NCBI GenBank assembly: GCA_032718475.1
Contig: JAUCBJ010000998.1
Span: 1-64,000, forward strand
Source: Nemertoderma westbladi
Taxonomy: Eukaryota > Animalia > Xenacoelomorpha
Length of the DNA: 64,000 bases
Direction: 5' to 3'
Shown here: positions 13,201 through 24,240 of the stretch, piece by piece
Position numbering within the stretch: position 1 is the stretch's first letter
How the letters are laid out: every line of letters begins with the position of its first letter
Notes under the pieces: generated by a model
The model's database searches: none
What the model was told of the DNA's origin: nothing
The model's input: the letters and a program-made list of their open reading frames with translations, nothing else
Position numbers and translations under genes: made by a program

Positions 13201-13796
13201 CGAGCAAGATCTTTAATAGCAACCAGGTAGCTATCAAAATTTTCACTTTGACGTTGTTTCCTATTATCAAACTGAACACAATCAAGGGCTATATTCCGTT
13301 TACCACGAAAATAACTTTGAATACAATCTATTAACACCTGAACTGTTAAAGGATTATCATGTGTGTCAGGAGGAATGTCAATAACTTGTTCCAGTGTAGA
13401 GCGCATACCTATAGAAAGGTAACTCCTGAAAATACAGATTTGCCTATCCCTAGCCATTCTATCCATCTGAAATGCAGAATAATAATCCGCCCAAACCGAC
13501 TTCCAAGTTTCAAATTTTGCTAAACTGAAATCCGGTTCTAAAGCAATTGGTGCTTTAATTTGAAGATTACGAGGGGTTGAGTCAGCCTGATGAACTACAG
13601 GTTGATGTGGTTGACCAAGTAATTGTTGAAATTGATGGGCATTTTGGGCTTGGGATTGTGCTAAGGAATCAGCCAAATCGCGTTGTGATTTAACTAAAGC
13701 ATGTAGAAGAGCTGAAGTGGGATCAGGATTACCACGACCAGCCAACTGTTCTCTAAAAACCTCCAGTTCGGTTTCGAGTTCAGCTTTAGTAGGCAT
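10296..13796 (-). CDS. Gag-protease-integrase polyprotein (1166 aa) lacking RT/RNase H
   Basis: Two CCHC knuckles (CYGCGKTDHKRADC, CSYCGKEGHFANVC), protease DTGA, integrase HHCC (HDAHQG...CPQC) and D,D,E (ADLF, SDGG, GHAEG). No YxDD: WVHP is followed by (SDIT)n and then PDALSR. Confidence 0.93.
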   Translation of the reverse strand: MPTKAELETELEVFREQLAGRGNPDPTSALLHALVKSQRDLADSLAQSQAQNAHQFQQLLGQPHQPVVHQADSTPRNLQIKAPIALEPDFSLAKFETWKSVWADYYSAFQMDRMARDRQICIFRSYLSIGMRSTLEQVIDIPPDTHDNPLTVQVLIDCIQSYFRGKRNIALDCVQFDNRKQRQSENFDSYLVAIKDLARDADLCRHCFDRRLTTRIMSGISCEDTRSKLLALTPFPSLEDAVNLCRSEESAQAGVQDLKNPSINQASRQSRFHNKKPYNSRRNNSSKSKSRNNSSTTGPIVCYGCGKTDHKRADCPARNKDCSYCGKEGHFANVCRSKQNNSNSSSKPKTKPISRITLNLVGSHNRQAPKVFLNFCHIATGHLFGSLKATPDTGAEATVAGLDFLQALSIDKENLLPPDHDDLSAANGSLLSCIGLLHTTISYGEYSTDELICICEEVNGILLAWYTCQNLGIISSSYPEPVAEIQSVASSNSSNMSPIGIKNSIPTTSFKVDFHLSDEPSPSEWDTVKQKLIKAYSDVFDQDDKLRPMNGPPMTISLKDDAQPYAIHTARQLPLAIRDWAKARLEKMVEQGIICPVLDNEPTDWVHPSDITSDITSDITSDITSDIISDITSDITSDITSDIISDITSDITSDITSDITSDITSDITSDIISDITSDITSDITSDIISDITSDITSDITSDIDSIPDALSRAPVSDPTPEDILCDTDVNDHVSAVIRHVSTSIVVSDAPSHLKDSYIESIRSSAKDDISYMALVDAVISGFPPTSTQCSVHIRQFWNVRHQLSCEDNLLLLGSRIVIPSSLRKNVLKHLHDAHQGIERSKRRARQTVFWPGINSDITNIVNSCPQCQLYQPSLPKESLQSDPHPCLPMEDCSADLFYFSTWSYLVYVDRYSGWPCVHSWRADPSSSQVISALRGWFKDFGIPKRLRSDGGTQFNSARYHDFLSEWNIIPEYSTPEYPQSNGHAEGAVKAMKSLIKKLDVKGDLNSTCFVRGLLEWRNTPKEHGMSPAQLLFGRSLRSTIPAHSSTLAGDSFPIPGPSTSSATESYYNDHAHDLTPIPIGSRVCIQSAHSKLWNKSGIVLSRGTRRDYRIELDNGRVYWRNRRYLRSIPDDSSLRDITPQKQVQFADDLPRRSSRTHKQPARFGVQ
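11688..11974. repeat. 12-bp tandem repeat (GATATCGGAAGT), about 24 units
   Basis: Directly visible, with variant units GATATCGGAAAT and GATATCAGAAGT. Confidence 0.98.
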
Positions 13797-13991
13797 ATCT
13801 GACTGTTGAATATTAGAGAAATTTCAGGAAATTAAATATCCGAAAAAATTTGCAAAAACCGAAAAGAAAAAATTTTGCAAAAATGTGCAAAACTTTTGCA
13901 TGCAAATCAGCCAAAATCTGTAGTTATCGAATACTGGCAGACTGGAATACCGCCTGACTGCTGAATGTGAATAGGTACCGGTAGTTTCTAA

Positions 13992-14148
13992 TTAGGCTAG
14001 CGGGCGTCGCTGCCTACCCCTCACGGCCCCCGGACAGTGCAAGGTCCTCAGCGCCGATGTACCGTCGTCGCTGTGTTTTTCGCCAACGATGTAGCTACAC
14101 AACGACAACGATAACCGCGAGCCACTCCACTGTCCGTCCCAAGGGCTT
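13992..14148 (-). promoter_or_regulatory. Structured RNA-like leader element, copy in Gypsy 5' UTR
   Basis: Reverse complement aligns with 35587-35742; nested stems GGACAGTG/CACTGTCC, TCGTTGTCGT/GCGACGACGG, TAGGC-AGCG/CGCT-A-GCCTA. Confidence 0.7.
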
Positions 14149-14154
14149 AGTTTA

Positions 14155-15416
14155 CAGTCCCTATCTCATTCTGAATATTATTTCTCAAACTGGGTATCAT
14201 TTCTCAAACCTTTTACTAATGATAGTCAACGGAGAATTTCAGTAGGTAAGACTGGGGTAAGAGTTGAGAAATCAGAAAGATGCAGCCAGCTCAATCTAAC
14301 TCAAACTAGAGTCTGGCGCCATGGTTTGAGTTAGGTTGACTTCCAACTGTGTCATACTCAGCATTACTCTTCCTGTACGGGATGGATAATTACTCTGGTT
14401 GAGTGAGGCACCACATGGGGAAGGGGCCTCTGTCTGTTGCTTGGGCTCTTGAGTTAATGGGTTGAATTACATAAGCTGGGCAGGCCGGCTTGCGTGTGTC
14501 TCATAAAAGACATGTCAATCACGCAGTTCCTTTGTGGGCTTTACTAAATGTATGTTGTTAACTAAACCACACTGGCTCGGTCTGTTTGTAGAGAAAGTTT
14601 TAATTCTGGGAATATTGTTGTGGGAAATTGGTGCTCTGTTGTCTGTCTGTTTGATGTCAATTGGTGCCTTACAAGACATATCAGTTTAAAAATCTAATGG
14701 TTAATTAAGAATTATTAGTGCATATGGGACCTCGCAACACCCCCCCCCCCCCCCCCCCTCCCATAAATATGGCCCTGTCTATAATTACAGAGGTTTCCTC
14801 TGGCCCCTTTGCCCGGTATACCCACCCCACACCCGGATGTATTGCGAATAATTGTGTTGACGATGTACAGTAATAGAGAATTAAACATTAGTAAAACATT
14901 AAAGTTAAACATTAGAAACATTAGCGAAATATACGCAACATTAAAATAAATTTATAAAATTGGTTGGTTATATTATATGGTTATATTTTAATGTAAAATA
15001 ACGTTAAAATGTTATGAGTCATACATACTTAATAAATGTAATAAAAATTAATAAATCTTCAGTTTAATAATTTTTTAGCATATAATTTTTTTATTCTGAA
15101 ATTTAAAAATAAATTGAGTCACTGAGTCTGCAACTTAATTCTCACTGTCTACTGGAGTTAATTACACACAAACAAATCAAGTTTAGGGAATGTTATAACA
15201 GCAGGAGACCATCAAACCCGTAGGCAGAGTATAACAGAAGCGAGTGGGCCATTAAACACAGACAGCTTGTTGTATGAATGCTACACAGTGCACAGTGGGT
15301 GGTTGCGCGAGTTTGAGTTGGGTTTGAGTAAACCAGACAGGTTTGAGTTAGTAAGAGTGAGGTAAGAGAAAAGGTACCCAGTTTGAGAAACAGTATCTAG
15401 AATGAGATAGGGACTG
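14155..15416. mobile_element. Non-autonomous TIR DNA transposon (Tc1/mariner-like, TA TSD), copy 1, inside the Gypsy 5' UTR
   Basis: TIR CAGTCCCTATCTCATTCT / AGAATGAGATAGGGACTG, TA on both sides, no ORF. Confidence 0.88.
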
Positions 15417-15590
15417 TAGAAGAGTACTGGTACACCACCAGAAGTAGGTACACCACCAGAAGTATAGGTAGGTAGCTAGGCCTAGATCAGAATCAGTAGA
15501 GGCGACCGGTAGAATAATATTGAATTATCTGACCTGCTGAATGCGCTGGAATGTCCACCATTTGAATAGGGTTGTAGGAACATCAAGTAC

Positions 15591-15602
15591 ATCACTGCGC
15601 CA
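15591..15602 (-). promoter_or_regulatory. Primer-binding site TGGCGCAGTGAT
   Basis: Starts with TGG immediately 3' of the 5' LTR; complementary to a tRNA CCA end (tRNA-Ser is a guess). Confidence 0.8.
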
Positions 15603-15903
15603 TATTGGGCTCGGAAATAAATGAATACCAGCTGCATCAGTTTATTAATGGTCGACATACAGAACAGCATATCAAACAATAATATGAACCAACAGACCAA
15701 CGAACATACCCACCACCTTACAGCACATCAGTACAGCAGTACAGTAGGTACCGGTAACGGTTACTGTACCTACAGACCTAGAAGATAGGAAAGACTGAAT
15801 ACCGGAATACCAGAAGAGGACCGGTAGGTAAAAGACCAGTAGGTTGGATCTAACCACCACCAAGCCAGGGTCTACTAGAGCCCTAACAATACATAATCTA
15901 ACA
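15603..15903 (-). repeat. Gypsy 5' LTR
   Basis: Direct repeat of 9926-10226. Confidence 0.96.
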
Positions 15904-16110
15904 GTGACTAACAGCATAAGACCAATAAATTGGTCCTTGGTGATTCGCTGGCTGTCCGGATGCCGCTCATACAGTAGATCAGCAGCAAGCTGCACCGCCT
16001 CCCTCAGTGGGACGTTACCCGAGTTGAAATTCTTAGTATATTTCCTAAGTTCTAAACAAGTCTGCTTAGAAAGGCTTAGAACGCTTAGCAACGCTGGTGC
16101 AAAGGGTGAG
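15904..16110 (-). mobile_element. Penelope-like element 1, upstream RT fragment (split off by the Gypsy insertion)
   Basis: NVPLREAV...FIGLMLLVT joins in frame to KDVVFLD...QKDGVAMG once the Gypsy element and one GTGAC copy are removed. Confidence 0.8.
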
Positions 16111-17495
16111 TAAAGTACTTAACAAATTTTCCAATTTCATAAAAAGGACATTGCAAGTTTATAATGTTTAGCAAGTTGTTGCTATGTGACTGACAAGTAT
16201 TACAGGATATATAAACGTGCTTTATATGTAACCGATGATATATGCAAGCACTTTGCAAGTGTAATGAACTAATAACATGCGCATTACAAATCTAGCATAT
16301 ATCTGTAACCTATATATTCCCTATATTTTTGAAAAATAAATGTTGTGGGAAGAGTGGCGGTTAGCTTTCGAATGAAAGTAAATGATGACCCCCCCCCCCC
16401 CCCCCCCCCCCCTCTGAGACAAGAGAAACAACACACGGAACATCATAGTGAGTGATGTACTGTATGCTATGCACTTGTGTTTGGTTTGATACTCTTTGTT
16501 GCAACCCCCCCCCCCCCCCTCCCCCATGACATATGTAAACAAATTAATACAGAGAATCAATGTTTTTAATATAAACAACATATAAACAAACATATTATTA
16601 CTGTACGTTACATAGATACTGTATATACACATCAGATATAAACGCGCAAATACTGTAGGTCTACACTAAAACACAATTACGTCGGAAAAATTTATCCAAA
16701 AAGTTCAAAAATGGTATTCCTCATTTCTGTTTATGCAATAAAACTATTTAATTCAAATTTGTAATCTTATCAAGCGCTACAGTAGATTACGATTTGAGCA
16801 CGAAATAAAATAGAAAATTTATCACCCGTCATATAAAGTTACCATTAACATCATCATATTATATTATAACTATATGGATTGCAGCAATTGTATTTTGAAC
16901 ATTAGGGTTAACTTTTCCCAACGAAAATAGTGGTTCAATGAATAAATTAAAATTAGAAATACATACACAGAAACATTAAAAATGATTTTAGACATGTTCA
17001 AAATCATAAGGAATTCCAAATAATGAAGTGCTACGGCTACCATTCATAGTACTGGTATTGTAATACGATATAGATATATAAGGTTATTATTGAGATTAGA
17101 TGCAGGATAACTAGCGGTTCATTGTGGTGGTCCAGTTGAATTTTAGGGCATTTTTTTACAATTTCGTTACCGGTACTACCCGGTGTCTGTGAGAAAAGAC
17201 GGTTTCCTTGGGAAAATGTCTGGAAAACACAGAATAAAAAATCAGGGAAAATATTTTTAAAGTAGGCCTACTTTTTTATCTTCATTTTGTTATTTTTTAT
17301 TGGGAGCTGCCGCTCCCATACCCCAGACCCCCGTTTAGTACAATGAAACGGCTTTAACAATAATATAATATAAAGCAAAATTACAATTAATATTATACTC
17401 TGAGAGTTTTACAAGAACCTACAGTAACTATAATGCCAAATAGATAACACAGATACAAATAAGAGAAAGCACAACACATTACATAGTTTACAGAT

Positions 17496-18075
17496 TCAGT
17501 TTACAGCGTCAAACGAGTGGAGTGATCGGCAATCCAGCTCCAACCTCCGCACCCAGACCACGGCGCCACTTGAGAACATGAGAACATGAGAAGCCCCTCG
17601 AACTATGTCGAATGCGAACTGCACACGGCGGCGAACCCACTCCATGAAGGTGCTGTAAGGTCTATCCCAGTTGTGGTGTAACCTATCAGCGAAGATCCTC
17701 AGGAGCTTGTTGGACTGCGGTGCCAGAACTCCATCGCAAGAGACTACGAAGGGTGCAAAGTCAGCTCTCCTCTGTCTCGCTGGTTCCGCATATAGTGCGG
17801 TTTTAGCGTCCTCCACAGATTCTAGGACCCTCATCGGGGGGCGTCCCGCATATGGCTCGGCGTCAAGGTTTACGACCCTGATATCTAACAATGCCTGAGT
17901 CTGCCGGTTGAATGCCCCCCGAACTCATACATCACACCAAGTCCTGCCTCTCCACTTAATCCAGGCTGGTCTCTGACTATGGGTTCCGACTGTCACGTTT
18001 CGTGGTCCAAATGCTAGAGAGGCCAGATCCCCAACAACATCACGGAGTTCAATATATGTCTTTGGATTATGAGGC
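17496..18075 (-). mobile_element. 3' fragment of a CRE-like non-LTR retrotransposon (restriction-like endonuclease)
   Basis: ELRDVVGDLA...EP...LLDIRVVN.DA..Y...K...Y...FAPFVVSCDG motif series. Confidence 0.7.
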
Positions 18076-19152
18076 CTTTTTTAAATTCCAATTCTTCCAA
18101 AGTCAATTGTTATTAATCAAATTTCACTAACATTCAAATAATTTGAATTTTAATTGTATCAATTAGGCATTAATTCAATTAAATTGTCAATTAGCAACAA
18201 TCGGACAATTAGGCAAACCATAAATATTTCATTAACGATATAGACAGAGACAGTACAAACAAAACAAATAAGCAATAAACAAAACAAGTATACAACAGGC
18301 ACTAAACAATTAAAGATTACAAAACTCTATAAAGAATAACAAAATTAAAGATAACAAAATACAATAAACAATTGAATTGAAGTAAACAAACAGCAATAAA
18401 ACTACCAGTATAAATTAAAGTAACAAAACCTTATACACTATTTATTAAAGTAAGCAAAACTCATTAAGCAATTAAACGTAAATAAAGAAAACTCAATAAA
18501 CGCAACTCTGCAGTACAGCTGTAGTAGGCCTACTGACCACAAAATGACTGAATGAGTCATTTATTGGCGGTGGATCATGTGACTGATTTTTAATTGCAAT
18601 GCGTGTCAAGCACCACTAAAGTTCTTATTAAATTTTTATCAAGTTATAAAGTCAACGAAAGTATGTTCTAGGTATACAAAATTTGTTAAAAATTTGCTAA
18701 GTGCATTGCATGATTATAAAGTCATCGAAATTATATTCTAGATATACAAAATTTGTTAAGAATTTGGTAAGTGCATTGCATGATAAGTGCCCACCCAAAT
18801 ATTTCTTAAAATCTATACTGTACTTGGCAAGTATTTTTTAATTCCTTAACAAATAATGCAAAATGTGGTAATTGTAAAAATTTAGTAAAATTATCATGCC
18901 AGTACCTTGCCATTAGGTAGTACTTTACTAATATGATACGATTCTCAACCCGGGTAGTGAATAATAAACTCACAACGTCCAGGGAGTAGAGGCGGTTTTT
19001 TCAAAATTATAAAATAAACATTATTATAGTCAAATTTTGTTTATTTTTCTTTTAATTGGGGGCTGCCGCCCCCAAACCCCCGCATCTTTTGTTGGGGGCT
19101 ACCGCCCCCAAACCAAATTAACCAAATTATGCTTAATTATTTAACCAAATTA

Positions 19153-21231
19153 CAGTCGGGGTCTCAAAGTGCATCTGTTCTTTGAGATTTTCTCAAAGTT
19201 TTTCTAAAAGTCATTACATTACTCCCAACGGCCGCTTTTAATTCTTGTAGACACTTTTAGTTGGGAATATCAAAGTGATTTCCTGCTTTTAGGCACTTTG
19301 AATTCTTTGAAATCTTTGAGAAATGTCACTTTGAGGTAGTTTGCGGCACTTTTAATTCTTTGAGAAAATAAACTCCGAAGTATTCCTGATTGACAGCTCG
19401 TGGTAAAGTTAACTGAGAGGCAGAGGCATTCTCGGGGAACAATATTATGCGGGCAACAAAGTGATACTTGTGTGCTGGCCAGTTGTTGCATAGAAGCTAT
19501 ATTCCCATTAATTTATCAAATTGAGGTTCCTGAGGTCATTACGGGATGGGTTTTCGGTCGCAAGTACAAATTTAATTTACGGCACCCTAAAGTCTTTCTA
19601 AAAACATTCATTCAAGTAATACATGAAACATAATTAGTGAAACAAGATTAATGCTTGACAAGATAGATTATTTTAATAACATAATACAATATCAGATTAA
19701 CAATTAATATAAGAGAAACTGCACTGTAGTATCTCTGTGTATATGCAGTTTCATTATAATGACCTAAAGAAGCCCCGTTGGGAGAAAGCTTGTATAACAT
19801 TTGTTATTAATTTCATTAGTCACCTCTCACCTCAGGTCAAACCGTACTACCTTAACTGATTAATTAATATGATAACTATGGTGACGAGTGCGCGAGAATT
19901 CCTTCTTAAAAACGAAGAAAGGCTTTCAACTTTCAAGTACGATAGAACGGCTACAATCTTGTGTTGTTTTAATTTAATAGAGATATTAAAATATCCCCTG
20001 CCGCTGCCGTTTATATTTGAGCATATTTTAAATGTTTGCCTGATATTCAATTGATGTGTACCGCCTTCTGGCAAAGCGGCACCCAGTTTAAGCTATCAAT
20101 CACAGCTAGCGAGTAGCGACCTACGGACGGTGACCTTCAAACAAACAGGTGCAGAGCCGGAAAGAACTGTCGGAGGCTTTGCTTGGCTTGTGGTACCATT
20201 TGATTACATAATAGATTTTGGCAGACTGGGCGGTCGCTCTGACCATATGCATTGCGCACCAACAATGCCTAAAACATCTATGGGAACAGCCAATTAGTGC
20301 GCTTGAATCATTTATCTTTATTCCTGCCTCTATCGTTATTCTTTACTTTGTATAACACAATTTACAGTGCGGCAAAGTATGGCTGGTTGACCATTGAAAT
20401 GCATTGGTAAAGGTATTCGGCGTTCACGTGGGCTAAACAAATTTAAACAGTACAGTTTTAGCACTATACATTAATATAGATAGGGCAACAGACAAACTGT
20501 CTATGACACAAATACCAACACATTCCGATAGCCCGCAATTATGGCGTCTCTAAAGAGTCCAAATATAAATTCATAAAATCCTTTATGAAACAATAAAAAT
20601 ACCTACAAAAAATACTGCTGTATTAAATATTAGTTACTGCAGTAACATATGACAATTACTGCAGTAACAAATATTTATTACTGCAGTAATAAATATTTAT
20701 TACTGCAGTAATAAATATTTATTACTGCAGTAATAAATATTTATTACTGCAGTAATAAATATTTATTACTGCAGTAATAAATATTTATTACTGCAGTAAT
20801 AAATATTTATTACTGCAGTAACAAATATTTATTACTGCAATAATCAATATTAATAAATTAATAAATAATTGAATAAACATTTATACTGCAGTAACAAATT
20901 ATTTGTTACTGCAGAAAAAGACAATTTTTTATTACTGCAGTAAGTTGAATTCTTACTTTCAGTAACAAATATTTATTACTGCAGTATTTTTTGGAGGCAT
21001 CTTTATTGTTTCATAGAGGTTTTTATTTCTTATATTTTACCCTATAGTCAAAGTCAATATACCCCATACCATAGCCAGCTTCAGGCAGAACTGTATGAAA
21101 TGACTGACAGTACTACTTTGAAATCTTTGAGGACACTTTGTCATTTTCTTGGACCACTTTTAGAAATTTGAGACACTTTTAGTTCTTTGAGAAAATCTCA
21201 AAAGAACAGATGCACTTTGAGACCCCGACTG
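19153..21231. mobile_element. Non-autonomous TIR DNA transposon (TA TSD)
   Basis: TIR of about 45 bp, CAGTCGGGGTCTCAAAGTGCATCTGTTC..., at both ends, TA-flanked. Confidence 0.88.
20555..21040. repeat. Foldback element with a central self-complementary 22-bp tandem array
   Basis: Imperfect inverted arms (about 20561-20617 and 20981-21036) around (TTATTACTGCAGTAATAAATAT)n. Confidence 0.85.
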
Positions 21232-22106
21232 TATATGCTAACCAAATTCATATAAATTACTACAATATTATATAATTCAACAAAACCCTATTAAAAGTAT
21301 TGCAATTAACCAGGAAATTTAATATGTAGTGTGTATAATATCTATAGTACTGTATGTATAGTTATATGTATATCAATATGCAATGCTGAACACAGAATAC
21401 AGGTCGACGCATGTCGATTTTACCCTAGAGAGGTATAATTTTGATTGCAACAATAATATTCATCCCCATCTGCTACAATTTGAAGAAGACTACTCATTCA
21501 AGACTCATACAAGAACTATCTCATTCTGAATATTATATCTCAAACTGGGTATCATTTCTCAAACCTTTTACTAATGATAGTCAACGGAGAATTTCAGTAG
21601 GTAAGACTGGGGTAAGAGTTGATAAATCAGAAAGATGCAGCCAGCTCAATCTAACTCAAACTAGAGTCTGGCGCCATGGCTTGAGTTAGGTTGACTTCCA
21701 ACTGTGCCATACTCAGCATTACTCTTCCTGTACGGGAAGGATAATTACTCTGGTTGAGTGATGCACCACATGGGGAAGGGGCTTGGCTGTTGCTTGGGCT
21801 CTTGAGTTAATGGGTTGAATTACATAAGTTGGGCAGGCCGGCTTGTGTGTGTCTCATAAAAGACATGTCAATCAAGCAGTTCCTTTGTGGGCTTTACTAA
21901 ATGTATGTTGTTATCTAAACCACATTGGCTCGGTCGGTTTGTAGAGAAAGTTTTAATTCTGGGAATATTGTTGTGGGAAATTGGTGATCTGTTGTCTGTC
22001 TGTTTGATGTCAATTGGTGCCTTACACGACATATCAGTTTAAAATCTAATGGTTAATTAAGAATTATTAGTGCATATGGGACCTCGCAACACCCCCCCAC
22101 CCCCCC

Positions 22107-23307
22107 TGTAAAAGCTTCTGTGGGATATAACTGGCCCTTCTGCCTTGCAATCCAGTTTCCCCCCAGGCGCTGGAATACTCTAAAAAGCTCTCTAACTCGA
22201 ATGATACAAGCGACCGGCTGATTGGCTGATTTGCTGTACGAGGGGCTCTTTGCTATGTTCTATCGGCCAACCAGAGCTATAGCAGCAGAGTATGCAACCA
22301 GAGCAACCGAGCGGAGAGACTCATTTTGTGTGCTGGCCAAGGGATGCCAAAATCCTGATAGTTCGGCATTTAGACATTCATGGAACCTGTGGAATCTGGT
22401 GTTCTGCCAATGAGAGCTATTCCTCTCTGTGTAAAAGATACCTGCAACAGGGAACAGTGTTTACAGTCTGTGTTGTTGTTCCTTCTAGGCCAAGAACATC
22501 GGCTTTTGGAATGACTCGGTGTTTCAGACTTTTAGTAAAACATTAGTAGGCTTAGATTATAGAACGTATAACTGTTATCGAGTCACAGTTCAGCAATTAT
22601 ATCATATCTTAACCTACCGTCTTAATGCTATTTACTGTTGTTTGGTTGAATATCATTATTTGGAGAATATCGATAAATAACACAAATTTCCCAATTTTCT
22701 TGATACACTACAGGTTAGAGAGACAGGTTATATATAACAATTGCGACTTATGTTATCTTGGTTTGTAGTGAACCTAATGCTATTTGATAGACACTACATT
22801 GGTCAATTGCTGTTCTCTTTATGTGTGATCAAATTCATCGACGGTCGGCAGATTAGTGTGCAGTATTGTGCGGTACCGGTAGTGTGCATGATTGTGGCTG
22901 ATAACTAAGCATTTCCTAAAGAATGCGCCTTATACGTGAATCATAAGCCTTACAGTCTTACCGTTGTGTGTAGTATAAGTCATAGCTCTGTTTACTTAGG
23001 TAGAGCGCCACGTCCTAAAGGAACTGTTAATATTTCCCGAAAGTGAATAATATTTGTCAGAAATTACTTATTAGCGATCAATCGAATAATACAGTAGGCT
23101 TCACTGCAATAATAAAATCTAAGCTCCATCCGAATCCAGTCTCCCGGGAATATCCAGCGGGTGAATGGACGCGCACTAGGCTGGCTTCGGCTAATGTTGT
23201 GTTTATTGGTATTAAATATTTGTCATTTACTAAAAGTCTATTTATAAACCAAAAGACATATAAATTTTAGCAGGTTAAACTGCTAAAGGTCTTCAAAAGC
23301 GCGTACA
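22107..23307 (+). repeat. BEL 5' LTR
   Basis: TGTAAAAGC...GCGCGTACA, direct repeat of 37456-38664 with scattered differences. Confidence 0.95.
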
Positions 23308-23369
23308 ATAACAGTTATTTGCTTTATTGCAGTAAGCAATAAAGTTGAAAGTACCGGTCAACCGGTAAA

Positions 23370-23500
23370 CCTGAACCGGTACTGCTGTAGGTCCGTAGGC
23401 CTAACTGCCTGAACCGGTACTGCTGTAGGTCCGTAGGCCTAACTGCCAGAACCGGTACTGCTGTAGGTCAGTAGGCCCAACTGCCCTAACCGGTACTTCC
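23370..23500. repeat. About 39-bp tandem repeat (3 copies) in the BEL leader
   Basis: GAACCGGTACTGCTGTAGGTCCGTAGGCCTAACTGCC units. Confidence 0.85.
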
Positions 23501-23729
23501 AGTATAAGTACATTAGTATTATTCGATTTTGATTATTGCATACCGGTAGGCTGTTTAAGAGATTAGGGACTGTACACCCCTTGTTTCTTTTGGAGCTTAC
23601 TTATTTCTGTCAGTTTTATTTATTTGTAGGCCAGTATTGAGCAGAAGGCGTGTAAGCTTGCTCAGTCTATACAGACAATTGGTAGGCCGGACTGTTGTCG
23701 GATAGTTGTTGGGTTTGGAGAGATTACGG

Positions 23730-24240
23730 CGTGTGTAGAGTTTGTCTGATAAAGTGCCAGTTAGTAAGTTGGGGCAGCCATAGCTGTAAGGTCAATCCCC
23801 TCTTAAAGAATAAGTCGTACTACCGTGTTAGAACGCATACTAACTAACCATTTCGGAATCTGCATATACTGTAGTTTATTTAGGCTTGACAGTATTCTGC
23901 CAGCGTTTTGGCCTGTGTTTGTTTGTGTGGTCTGTTCAAGTACCGTAATAGTTATTACTCAGATATTTTGTAGGCTGGATTGTTGTCTAGCTATTATTAG
24001 GTCTGAAGAGATTGCTGCGTGTGTAGAGTTTGTCTGATAAAGTGCCAGTTAGTAAGTTGGGGCAGCCATAGCTGTAAGGTCAATCCCCTCTTAAAGAATA
24101 AGTCGTACTACCGTGTTAGAATGCATACTAACTAACCATTTCGGAATCTGCACATACTGTAGTTAATTTAGGCTTGATGGTAGTCTGCCAGCGTTTGGTT
24201 TGTATTTTGTTTGAGTATTCTGTGCGGGTAGCGTAATATT
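23730..24240. repeat. Direct duplication with a period of about 288 bp in the BEL leader
   Basis: GTGTGTAGAGTTTGTCTGATAAAGTGCC... block starts at 23731 and again at 24019. Confidence 0.85.

Larger units (their letters stand above)
9926..15903 (-). mobile_element. Ty3/Gypsy LTR retrotransposon (Mag-like), RT-deleted
   Basis: Two 301-bp LTRs, TSD GTGAC (9921-9925 and 15904-15908), PBS, PPT, single gag-pol ORF. Confidence 0.96.

Noticed and set aside
16110-19150. Possible further DNA-transposon termini and GGGGGCT-CGCCCCC motifs
   Set aside because: Could not define matching TIRs or a TSD
20630-20990. CRISPR-like palindromic repeats
   Set aside because: Units are contiguous with no unique spacers
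22222-23270. Short ORFs in the BEL LTRs (also 37571-38627) and across the Gypsy LTRs
   Set aside because: No recognisable domains; recurrence is explained by LTR duplication
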